NCBI GenBank assembly: GCA_013239625.1
Contig: MU054187.1
Location: 1,549,964 to 1,613,963, forward strand
Direction of reading: 5' to 3'
Source: Lama guanicoe
Taxonomy: Eukaryota
Length of the DNA stretch: 64,000 nt
Position 1 is the first letter of the stretch. Each line of letters starts with the position of its first letter. The notes below the pieces were generated by a model that saw nothing but the letters and a program-made list of their open reading frames with translations, was not told where the DNA came from and ran no database searches. Of this stretch, positions 26,560-37,894 are shown one piece after another. The position numbers and the translations under genes were made by a program.

Positions 26560-26968
26560 AGCAAATGAAGGGAGTGGACATTCTTCCAAAGAAGACACGT
26601 CCATGGGCAACAGGTACATGAAAAGATGCTCAGCATCACTAATTACCAGGGAAGCACGGATCACTGAGTGTCAGCTCCAACCTGTCAGACTGGCTGTTAC
26701 CAAAAAGCCGACAAGTAGCAAGTGCGGTGAGGGTGTGGAGAAAGGGGAGCCCCGTGCTCTGTTGGTGGGAATGTAAACTGGCACAGACATTATGGAAGAC
26801 AGTATGGAGGTTACTCAAGAAATTAAAAATAGAACCACCATGTGATCCAGAAATCCCACTTCTGGGTATATACGCTAAGGAAGTAAAATCAGCATCTCCC
26901 AGAGATTTCTGTTCCCCGTGATCGCTGCAGCACCATTCACAACAGCCAAGAAATAGAAACAGTTTAAG
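26560..26968 (+). mobile_element. Old L1 ORF2 3' fragment
   Basis: Translations [16 protein letters not shown]...[11 protein letters not shown] and [38 protein letters not shown]. Confidence 0.9.
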
Positions 26969-26971
26969 TCT

Positions 26972-27045
26972 GGCTCACCTTGTTATGACGTTCACTTACT
27001 GTGATGGTCTGGAGCTGAACCCGCAACACCTCCAAAGTGTGCCTG
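26972..27045 (+). mobile_element. Tigger1 DNA-transposon terminal fragment
   Basis: GTGATGGTCTGGAGCTGAACCCGCAACACCTCCAAAGTGTGCCTG resembles the recalled Tigger1 end (GTGGTCTGGAACCGAACCCGCAATATCTCCGAGGTATGCCTG). Confidence 0.75.
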
Positions 27046-27049
27046 GATT

Positions 27050-27225
27050 AAGCCACGGATCCAAAATGCTCAAAGGACACCAAGCAGGATAAATATCAAA
27101 AGCAAAAAGCAAACAAAAAACCCCCACACGTCTGAACATGACACGTGAAAACTGCAGAAAACCAAAGACCAGGAGAAAACCTTGAAGGGAGGAAAACAAA
27201 CAAACGAAAGCCCTTGTCTGCAGAA
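27050..27225 (+). mobile_element. Old L1 ORF1-region fragment
   Basis: CCACGGATCCAAAATGCTCAAAGGACACCAAGCAGGATAAAT...AAACTGCAGAAAACCAAAGACCAGGAGAAAACCTTGAAG resembles L1M ORF1. Confidence 0.7.
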
Positions 27226-27739
27226 GAGACATTTCCTCTCTGCGTCCGGGGTCTCTGCTTTCACTGCCGTTACGTCCAGTCTGTGTGAACAGTTACAAAC
27301 GAGATGAGACGTGTGTGAATGAGAACGGTCACTCAAACAACAGAGACACTGGCCAGCGAGCTCTGGCATTAAAGGACCCACCGAAAAATCAGAGCGGACC
27401 ACAGGTAAGTGCATTCTCATTGAAGGAATAAGGTGCTTATTTCTCTTCGACTGGGACTGGCTTTACAGAGAACATAATTGATGTCCTCCTTATTTTATGA
27501 TTTTTTTGTGGGAAATATTCAAATTTATTGCCTGATTCAGTGTCATTATCTAAGAGGAAATCACCTGGGAGTGGTGTCCTTTTATGAGACCAGGCTTCGC
27601 CACAAGGAAAAGATAATTATGTCAGTGATCATTTAAAACATTCCATATTTATAAAAACCTGGCTTTGTGCTCTGCTGCGTGGGAGAGGCACGGTGTGAGA
27701 GGAGGGTACTGAACACCCTTGATGTGCCTAAGGAAACGG

Positions 27740-28380
27740 GAAGCGCAGAGCCGGTCAGGGCGCGAGCACGCGTCAGCGATGCACATTTAAAATATTCTTA
27801 TACACGACAGGACAGAGCTGTGAAGTAGCCACATTATTTATCCATTGCTTCACTAGTTTCTCGTAACAACAACCATAAAAGTGCATCTTAGAAAACAGAA
27901 GTTTCTCCTTACCGGTTGTGCGTGCAGTGCGCCAGCCTGGCTCCCGAGGCGTCCCGGGAAGTGACTGGCTGGCGGTCCACGCTCCCGGGGTCCAGTTCTC
28001 CTCCGCCACGGACGTGCCTCGTGATCGCTGAGAAAATCAGTTAAGGTATCCAGTTCTTCACTGTATCAGCCAAAACGCAAAACAGGGCAAAAAAGAAACG
28101 CAAGGGTGGAATGTGGCGATGCCTGACGCCTCTTCCAGGCCTCGCTGCCGCGCTCCCGAGAAAACGCAAGCCGGCGCCCCCGGAGCACCGCGCCCGCGGC
28201 ACCTGTGCCCCCCCTGCTCCGCGCCCGCGGCACCTGCGGGCCCCCGGGCTCCGCGCCGGAGGTTGGGCGCTCCCGGGGGCCCCGCGGCCCAGCGCAAGGT
28301 GGGTGCGCGTGGCCTCCCGCGCTCTGCACAGCAGGTCCCCGGGCCAAGGGGAGTCCTAGCAGAGGAAGGGAAGTTAATGT
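27740..28380. promoter_or_regulatory. CpG island
   Basis: High CG density, especially 28130-28350. Contains CCGCGCCCGCGGCACCTG twice, at 28188 and 28219. Confidence 0.65.
27913..28060 (-). other. Candidate exon (148 nt) of an unidentified transcript
   Basis: Long pyrimidine tract TTTCTTTTTTGCCCTGTTTTGCGTTTTGGCTGATACAG and donor CCG|GTAAGG. Open frame EELDTLTDFLSDHEARPWRRRTGPRERG..., unrecognised. Confidence 0.3.
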
Positions 28381-29054
28381 AAGACTGACTAGGCCAGGCC
28401 AGATTGTTTTTTTAATCCCAGAAAGAAATCAGAAATCTCTGATGTTGCACAGATGAAAATAAAGGCCGGAAAAGGAAAACCTCCGAGATCATAGACTGGT
28501 GACAGCAGGGCCGCCAAGCTCAGACCCTCGGGCACACAGGATAAGAGAGAGCGTGAGACCCACTGGGGCTGCGGAGCAGCACGAGGTCCAAGCCCCAGCG
28601 CACGTGGGGCCACCTCGCGTGACCTCTAGTGACCGGCACTGCATGGGCACGTGTCACCCAGCTTCCTCGTGAGTCCCAAATCCCACGTTACGACTAGAGT
28701 TACAGCATCTGCTGCGTGACGTTGTTATAAATAAAATCATATTCCTATATGTCTTCTCTACGACCCCTGACGTGACATACAATTTCTTTTATTCCTCTGA
28801 AACGTTACGCTTTCCTGCAATGAAGAGAGAGAAGTGCAAAGCGCACAGCACAACGCCACACATCCCAGCACACGAGGAGCGGTAGCTATTATCAAATTCA
28901 AGCTCTCCCTGCTGAGAAACATGTCTTAGAACTCGGAAATAATGTGTAAATGGCTGACACGTCATGGAGAATTGGATTGGCAGGGACCGTTTTTTCTCTA
29001 AAAAGGCAAAGCATTTAAACTACTACGATATAAACTTTTTAAAAACCCTCCTTA

Positions 29055-30256
29055 GATGGTTCAATACCTGCATATCAGTCAACGTGAAACACCATAAGAA
29101 CAAGCTGAAGAATAAACATCATGTGATCATCTCAATAATTTCAGAAAAAGCATCTGACAAAATCCAACTTCCGTTCATGATAAAAACCCTCAGCAAAGTC
29201 GGTATAACACAGCTCAGCGTAGCAAAGGCATGGATGACAGGCCCACAGCTAACACCACGCTTAATGGTCAAACTGCAGCATTTCCCTGAGATCACGACCA
29301 AAAGAAGAGCGCCCACTCTCTCCACTCCTATGCAGCACAGTACTACAAGTCCGAGCCATAGCGATCAGACCAGAAAAAGAAATAAAAGAAATAAAAGAAA
29401 TCCAGATCAGAGAGGAAGCAGTAAAACTGTCACTGTTCCCGGGTAATTGAGGTATCACCTCACACCTGTCAGAATGGGAGTCATCGAAGAGACAACAAAT
29501 AACAAATATTGGCAAGGATGTGGGGGAAAAGGAACCCATGTGCACTGTCGATAGTATTGTAAATTGGTGCAGCCACTGTGGAAAACAGCATGGAAGTTCC
29601 TCAAAAAATTAAAAATACAACTACCATACAATCCAGCAATCTCACTTCTGGGTATTTTTTTGAAGAAAATGCAAATGCTAATCGAAAATATGTATGCACC
29701 CCTATGTTCACTACAGCATTATTTAGAATAGTCAAGATCTAGAAGCAACTTTAGTGTCCATCAATAGATGAATGGATAAAGAAGAGTGGTGGAAGATTAC
29801 CCAGCCATGTAAAGTATTAAAACCTTGCCATTTGCAACAGTGTGGATGAATCTAAAGGGTATTATATGCTAAGTGAAGTAAATCAGACAAAAAAAGGCAA
29901 ATACTATTTGATTTCACTTACATGTAGAATCTGAAAAACAAAACAAATGAACAAACACAACTAAACAGAAACAGTCATAGATACAGAGAACAAACAGACT
30001 ATTGGGAGAGCAGAGGGTGGTGAGGGGTGAGAGAAGTAGGTGAGGAGGATTAAGAGACACAGACTTCCAGTTATAAAATGGATGAGCCATGGGTAAGAAG
30101 TGTACAGTGCGGGAAATACAATAAATTACATTTTAATATCTTTGTACACTGATAGATGGTAACAAGATTTATCTTTATTGTGGTGATCATTTTGTCATGT
30201 ATAAGAATATTGAATCACTATGCTCTACACCTGAAACTAATATAAGTCAATTACAC
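29055..30256 (+). mobile_element. Old L1 (L1MA/MB-like): RT-region fragment joined to the 3' end
   Basis: ORF 28964-29446 contains HVIISIISEKASDKIQLPFMIKTLSKVGI (degenerate RT). Near 29447 it jumps to GAGGTATCACCTCACACCTGTCAGAATGG and the 3' UTR. Confidence 0.9.
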
Positions 30257-31103
30257 GTTCTCTGGGCTTTTCAAAGACTGTCATGACTCTCAACCATTAG
30301 GCAAATCTTCCTACTTATATGGAATTGAGAATATGACATAAATGTATGACACTGGGTTTTCATTTTGGATGGGAAATTCTTCCCATGATGCTACCATTAA
30401 CTAAAAAGAAAACAAAAAAAATGTACAGCATAAAGTGTTTTCCTCAATTACTTTTCCACTTGTCTTTCAAAAGGTATCATTTGAATAGTTTGAATGTGTT
30501 TGTGAAACGATGCTTTTACTTTCAGTGTGCGCCTGGTTACTGAACAGGAAATCATCCAATTCCACTATGTGGTCACTGTTTCTCTCCTGAAATAGAAACA
30601 GTACAATTTCATAGGAAATTGCTCTTGGGAGTTTTCCAACCCAAGGCTGTAATCTTGAAACTTCTGGAATCTTTGAAAAAAGTTTAAGATTGGAAATGCA
30701 AAAGTTCCACTTCATTCCAGAAAATGCTGAAATTGCTGAATTGCACAACCTGCTTTATTAAAACAAAAGTGGGGTGAACTGTTCTTGGTACAGTGTGATT
30801 CCCAGAGGACTGAGAAAGAGCAATTTTAGAGCAAATGCTGCTTTAAAAAAAAATTGTTGGTTGAGCTTACATGCCATCTTCATCCAAAAAATCTTTTAAA
30901 ATTCTCCACACATATCACTCCCCTCCACCAGGAGAAGTACAGGAAAGGCGTGTTCAGTGAAGCCCTTTATTTTTTATCTGACCTGCCTTGCCCATGATTT
31001 TTAATGGTGTTAAGGCTTTTGTAAAAATTACATACTGCTTTAAATGGGTAAATTTTATGGTATGTAAATTATACTTGAATAAAGCTGTTAAAAATGACAT
31101 CTT

Positions 31104-33153
31104 GAAAAGAAAAGCCAAAAGTGTCACTATATGCAGATGACATGATACTATATATAGAAAACCCTAAAAGGTCCACACAAAAACTACTAGAGCTGATTGA
31201 AGAATTCAGCAAGGTAGCAGGTTACAAGATTAACGTTCAAAAATCAGTTGCATTTCTTTACACTAATGATGAATCAATAGAAAAAGTAAGTAAAGAAACA
31301 ATCCCCTTTAAAATAGTGCCCAAAGTAATAGAATAGCTAGGAATAAATCTAACCAAAGAGGTGAAAGACTTATACACAGGAAACTATAAAACACTGATGA
31401 AGGAAAATAAAGACAACTTCAAAAAATGGAAAGATATCCCACGCTCCTGGATTGGAAGAATCAGTGTTATTAAAATGGTCACACTGCCCAAGGCAATCTA
31501 CAGATTTAGTGCAATCCCTATCAAATTACCCAGGACATATTTCATAGAACTAAAACAAATCATAATAAAATTTATATGGAACCACAAAAGACCTAGAATT
31601 GCCAAAACATTACTGAAGAAAAAGAAAGAGCCTGGAGGAATAACTCTCCCAGACTTCAGACAATACTATAGAGCTACAGTCATCAAGACAGCATGGTATT
31701 GGTACAAAACAGACACATGGACCAATGGAACAGAATAAAGAGCCCAGAAATGAACCCACAAACTTTTGGTCAACTAATTTTGACAAAGAAGGTGAGAATA
31801 TATAATGGAATAAAGACAGTCTCTTCAGCAAATGGTGTTGGGAAAACTGGACAGCAGCCTGTAAAGCAATGAAGCTAGAACACTCCCTTACACCATACAC
31901 AAAAATAAACTCAAAATGGATCAAAGACTTAAACATAAGACAACATACAATTAACCTCCTAGAAGAAAACATAGGCAAAACATTATCTGACATACATCTC
32001 AAAAATGTTCTCCTAGAACAGTCTACTCAAGCAATAGAAATAAAAGCAAGAATAAACAAATGGGACCTAATGAAACTTACAAGCTTCTGCACAGCAAAGG
32101 AAACCAGAAGTAAAACAAAATGACAACCTACAGAATGGGAGAACATTTTTGCAAATGAAACCGACAAAGGCTTGATCTCCATAATATATAAGCAGCTCAT
32201 ACGACTTAACAAGAAAGAAACAAACAACCCCATCCAAAAATGGGCAGAAGACCTAAACAAGCAATTCTCCAGGGAAGACATACAAATGATCAATAGGCAC
32301 ATGAACAAATGCTCAGTATCATTAATTATCAGAGAAATGCAAATCAAAACTACAATGAGGTATCACCTCACACCATTCAGAATGGCCATCATTCAAAAGT
32401 CCACAAATGACAAATACTGGAGAGGCTGTGGGGAAAAGGGAACCCTTCTACACTGCTGGTGGGAATGCAGTTTGGTGCAGCCACTGTGGAAAACAGTATG
32501 GAGATTCCTCAAAAGACTAGGAATAGACTTACCATATGACCCAGGAATCCCGCTGGTTCCAGAAGGAACCCTACTTCAGGATGACACCTGCACCTCAATG
32601 TTCATAGCAGCATTATTTACAATAGCCAAGACATGGAAATGTACATCAACAGATGACTGGATAAAGAAGAGGTGGTATGTTTATACAATGGAATACTATT
32701 CAGCCATAAAAACTGACAACATAACGCCATTTGGAGCAATGTGGATGCTCCTGGAGAATGTCATTCTAAGTGAAGTAAGCCAGAAAGAGAAAGAAAAATA
32801 CCATATGAGATCACTCATATGTGAAATCTAAAAAAAACAAAACATAAATACAAAACAGAAACAGACTCATAGACAGAATACAAACTTGTGGTTGTCAAGG
32901 GGGTGGGGGGTGGGAAGGGATAGACTTGGATTTCAAAATGTAGAATAGATAAACAAGATTATACTGTATGGCACAGGGAAATATATACACGATCTTATGA
33001 TAGCTCACAAAGAAAAAAAATGTGACAATGAATGTATGTATGTTCATGTGTAACTGAAAAATTGTGCTCTACACTGGAATTTGACACAGCATCGTAAAAT
33101 GACTATAACGCAATAAAAAATGTAAACAAAAAAAAGGATCTTTTTTTGCCAAA
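31104..33153 (+). mobile_element. 5'-truncated young L1 (about 2 kb), ORF2 disabled
   Basis: [17 protein letters not shown] motif and C-terminal [17 protein letters not shown], broken by stops/frameshifts. 3' UTR and A-tail present. TSD AAAAATGACATCTT at 31090-31103 and 33154-33167 at a TT/AAAA endonuclease site. Confidence 0.97.
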
Positions 33154-33943
33154 AAAAATGACATCTTACTTGAGGAAAATTCAAACAATACAGAAAAGTG
33201 CATTAAATAAACTCGTCAATTCCACCGCCGAGTAACCACCACCTGTAACGATCTGCAGCTGCGTGTCCCTCTCCTTCTCTGTCTGTCTCACACGTGCTCA
33301 GAAATGTGTATCCGGATTAACAGAACATCTCTACTTCCTCAGCTGCCTCAGTGAACAGCTCCGAATTCGGAGCCCCGTCACCTGAAGGAAAACGGAGCGG
33401 GTGCCGCACCACCAGCCAGGTTCGTGGGGGGCGCCGCCCAAGGACACGAACGAGCGACCAGAGACTCCGACTAGGGGTCTCCTGTGTCCTCACCGGGTGA
33501 CTGCTGACAACCAGAGAGCGTCCTGTCCCGGGGTCCCTGGGATGATGGCCAGCAGGGAGCAGACAGCCCCACCCTCAGCCCACGGGAGGCTCACCTTGAT
33601 TTTGAGCCTGAAAACACAAACACTGGTTACATAGAACCTGGGGCAAATAAGAAACTGGAAAACCGAACCCAGGTACGTTGCTGTGTGTAAAACAGCCTGC
33701 GAGAGTCTACAGTTCTGGGAGGGGGAGTCGTTACCAAAAATCCGGATATTTCTCCACCTGAAACTGTATTCCACATCTGCGGCTTTCCCCTCGACCCAAA
33801 TAAAAGTGTCACGGACACATCAGTGCCGCCCTCACCACGCTACAACATGTCCTCGGGACCTTGCCGGCGTGCACGCACCGGGCGTGCAGGCGGTGTGGAC
33901 CGGCCGGCTGCATGGGCCGCATGCAGGGCTGGACCGTGAGTCC

Positions 33944-33962
33944 ACAGCGCCACCTGCAGGCG
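33944..33962 (-). promoter_or_regulatory. Candidate CTCF site
   Basis: Minus strand reads CGCCTGCAGGTGGCGCTGT, a close match to the CTCF core CCASYAGRKGGCRS. Motif evidence only. Confidence 0.45.
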
Positions 33963-35010
33963 GGAAGCAGCATGAGCCCAGGCCGCGCGTCTGCACTGCG
34001 GGGAGACGGGCCTGGGGGCGCGCACGTGCTCCCGCGCCACGGCCCCGCGGGCGGTGTCCGTGTTCACACGCAGCCTGGTTAGCCGGGTGCGCACACGTCT
34101 ACGTGACAGACGGCAGCCAAGGTTACAGATACACCAACCAGGATGAGACAGAAAATGTGCCAGCAGTTGTTTCCATTTCCGGGCCCGACCCCCGGACTAC
34201 CCACTGTCATTGCTCCCCGCCCCCGCCACCCCCGGCCTCTTCTACTTCTGTCACCGAACAGTTACGCTTCCTGCCACTCAAGGCCCGCGTCTCCAAACAC
34301 ACGGCACCCCTTCCAAGCCCAGTCCTTCCCGACACGAGACGCAGAAACTGTCCCGCATGTCACCGCCCGAGAGCCGGTGCCGCCCACAGCGAGGGCCGCC
34401 CCGGGGACGGCATCGCCCGCCGTTCACTCGGCCGCAGCGCTCGCACCTCCTGCCCCCTCGGGGCTGCCGTGGCTCCACCTGCCTCAGACTCCCCCTCCCC
34501 TCACTTGTCTTCATTCTCTTTTTTTTCCTAACTGATTTCTTTACCTGCCCCTCATGTTGGATGCCTGCCAGCACTTATTAAACAGCTGTCCGAACACCTG
34601 TCTGGAGGGGAATCTGACCCAGTATCCCCGTGTAAGCAAGACACCTGGGCACACAGCGCGGGCCCCCGCGAGCGGGACTTCCGTCATTTCTTACCCTCAC
34701 GCCGCTCGGGCCCCCACGAGGCGGTTCTGTCAGCCCCCGACGGGCGCTCTCACCTCAGCACCTGTCCTCACAGGTCCCTCGTGGTCCCGCCTGCCGGCCG
34801 CGCTGGCCTAACCTGCTCCCCACCTCGCATTCCAGTCTGCACCTGGCGCACCTGCTCCTCCTCCAAGACAGCCACCTGACACCTGGCGGTCATAACCCCA
34901 TGTCTGCCGGGCGCTGACGCAGCCACCTGACATAAGCCACTCTGTTCACGCTCCGCGCCCCAGCTGTTACAGCCCAGGGCCCGGGGCAGCGGTCTAAGTG
35001 GCCACCGGTT

Positions 35011-35224
35011 TTCTTTTCTTTTTTTTTTTTAATTTTTTATTGAAGTAGAGTTGACTTACAAGGCTGTGTTAGCTTCTGGTGCACAGCACAGTGATTCCGT
35101 TACACTGTACAGATCTTCCTGCTCGGGTTCTTTTCCACGTTAGGTTACTACGAGCCGTTGAATACAGCTCCCTGTGCTGTACGGAGGTCCCTGTTGTCTA
35201 TTTTGCATTTAGTGGTTTGTATAT
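35011..35224 (-). mobile_element. L1 3' end fragment with T-tract (reverse A-tail)
   Basis: T-run then TTTTTTATTGAAGTAGAGTTGACTTACAAGGCTGTGTTAGCTTCTGGTGCACAGCACAGTGATTC. Confidence 0.85.
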
Positions 35225-37894
35225 AGCAGTTTTCCGCACGTGAGTTCCTAACGAGGGCTGCGGTCTCCGTGCCAGTCAGCAGTCACACACGCCCCCCCCC
35301 CGTCCCTACAACCCGGGGCAGAAGGGGGAAGCCTCCCAGGAAGTGACGAGATGGTGCAGCCCTCTGGGAGCCCACAGGGGACAGACAGGTGGCCTCTACT
35401 CGGCTTTGAAGGGAGAGGACATCTGGAAAGGAAGCCACGCAGAGGTGGAGGTGCAGACCTGGCCCCCGAGCCCTGGCCCCTGTGTTCACAGGCTGTCTGC
35501 CCTCAGCCACGCAGCCCAGACACTCTGCGCCCCAGGTCCTCATCTGTCCGATCTGGTGGTTGTGGGCAGGGTGGTCTGGAAAAGGGAGAGACCAGAAGCC
35601 ACTGCAGTATGACCGCCACGAGTGGACTGAAGTGTTCCCCCGTCACTGCGGGCGGGGCGGGGCGGGGGGTAAAGTCTTGATTCTGGGTTTTTGAGTGTTC
35701 TTTCTAACTCCTCCTCCAGATAAGTCATTGGGTCATGGGTTCCCTTTCTTGTCTAAGCCCGTTTGAGTCTGGCACTGGCAGCTTGATGTGTACACACGAG
35801 GGGAGGACGGGGCCAGAGGAGAGCAGCTCCGGGAGAACGCGGGCTTCCCCCGCAGGTCCTGAAGGAAGGAGGCCGGGAGGACGGGAGATTCGAAGGAAGG
35901 GGGCGGGGAACCGCCCAGAGGAGGTTTCCACTGCAACCCAGAGCCCCGAGGAGGGTGGGCCTGGAGCAAACGGGATGTTGCAGGCGGATCGTTTGTTAGA
36001 TAATCAAGCTTTCTTCTTAACATACGTAAGTGCATTTATTTTTTAAGTTTTGGATTCTTCACTCTTGATAATGTAGCACATATTTTAGGAGAGCTGACTT
36101 TGGCAGGCGAGCACTGTCCCAGCGTAGACATCCGCTGTGCCACAGAAGGGAAACGAGCCCGGGCCCCAGCGCCCCCCGCGCCTGGGACGTCACGCCCGCA
36201 GGTCGGGAGGTGCAGAGAAATGCAGCTTCTACCTCTTCAAGGCCTGGCCCCGAGTATTTGTAGTAATTCACTCAAAACCTAAACCCCGCGTGTTATTTGG
36301 CGGGACCCTGGCACGGCTTTGGGGCAGACAGAGGCACACGGCTACACGAGGTTTACGAGCTGCGGGAGGGGCCGCCAGCGGAGGGTTCCAGACAGAAAAG
36401 GACACATAAACCCCAGCAAGCCCGGGCACGTGGCCCTTCGAGGTGGCCACGACGGTTCCACACCCCGACTCGCGCTAGGCTCTCCCAGGGAACTTGAAAG
36501 GAAGCCGCCGCGGCCAGCCCTCTTCCCGCGGCTCCGACGTGCTGGGGGAGGGGGCAGACGCTCTGTCGACGAGCTGGCTGGGTGCTTCTGGCCCGGGTGT
36601 CCTTCGGTTCGGGGGCACGACTGAGCGCGCTGCAGGGCTGATGAAAGTTAACCTCGGAGCAGGAACCCACAGACTGCCCTCAGAAGTCAGAAGAAGAAAC
36701 GCGATCAAAAGCTCATGCAGATGAGTGGCGGGAGTTGCTGTTTACAGAGTGACTTCAGAACTGGTCACACCTGTGAATCTTACTTTTCATTCGCAGCAGC
36801 GCCTCAAGTCCAAGGCGAGCCCTTCCTCCCTCTGATCCCTGCCCGCAGAGCGCCTGTGTGCGGGCCCGGGCCAGGCAGGCGACGGTCCATCCCCACACTG
36901 ACCCAGTTCCCAGTGTGAGAGTCTGGGCCTCTCCCGGGGAGGCCTCGGAGCCCAGGGACATCAGAGAACGTCTGTTCCTAACATCCACCTCCCATTGAAG
37001 AACAAACCTGGATGTTTTCAAAGTCAGGTCTATCCTTGATGTCACGCAGGTTTCATCGAGGATGGCACAGAGCAGGAGAGGTCCTCGGAGCCTCCCTTCA
37101 TGCGATGCCCAAAAAGAGGGCTTGCCAGAGCGAGGCTCCTGCGGGGGCGAGTCAGCGGGGCAGAGGGTGGCGCTGTGGGACAGACGGGAAGAGCCGGGCC
37201 GCGCTCCCCCGAGGGGAGCCAGGCCTGCCCCAGGGCTGCTCTGGGCGTCAGCCGTGGGAGTCTTGCATCACTGCTTTCCCATCAGGTGTACCCCAGACCT
37301 GGTCACAAAGCCAGGAGGAAAGACGCAATTAAACAAAGCGAGGACAGGACTATTCCTGGAGAGGCACTCAGACACTGAGCTGCAAGGATGCTCAGGAAAT
37401 AGGACCAGACTGCCGTCCCTGGAACTGCATGCCTGCCCCCGAGCCCCTCAGGTCCCCGACTGCTCTGCCCCAGACGCACACGAGGCTGTCACCTGCCGAA
37501 GGTGTGCTTTGATTTTGCCCAAACTGTTTACGCAGCTAAAACGTTCCACCAAGAATAAATAAGAGCATTTCACTCTGCCTGGTCTGAATACGTGAGTGGT
37601 GTGTTGGGTGACGGAAGCTCTTAGCGACTGATCCACAGATTCAACATAATTCCAATCAGAATCTCAGACGGCTTCGATGGTGGGGCGGGGCGGAGGGGTG
37701 GCTACCGAAATGAGTAAGCTGATTCTAAAATACATTCGGGAATGCAAACTATTTCTTAAAAGAAAAAGCTGGAGGCATTTCACTGTCTGACTTCAAGACA
37801 CTGAGTCACTATATAAGTCACAGATTTAGCACACAAAAAGGGGAATGAGGGTAAATTCAGAGACATATCTGGCAAATGGGAATGAGATATTTAT

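Noticed and set aside
30467..30586. Faint resemblance of ERNSDHIVELDDFLF to the ROPN1L C-terminus, and of MEKQP (50942-50971) to the POMK start
   Set aside because: No other exons of either gene are present and the matches are too short, so no gene symbol was assigned.
31121..32831. Reverse-transcriptase ORFs as an active element or novel RT system
   Set aside because: Ordinary 5'-truncated LINE-1 ORF2 with stops and frameshifts; no ORF1, endonuclease domain or promoter.
33683..34531. 282-aa ORF
   Set aside because: Non-ATG start, GC-driven composition, overlap with L2-like sequence, no domain.
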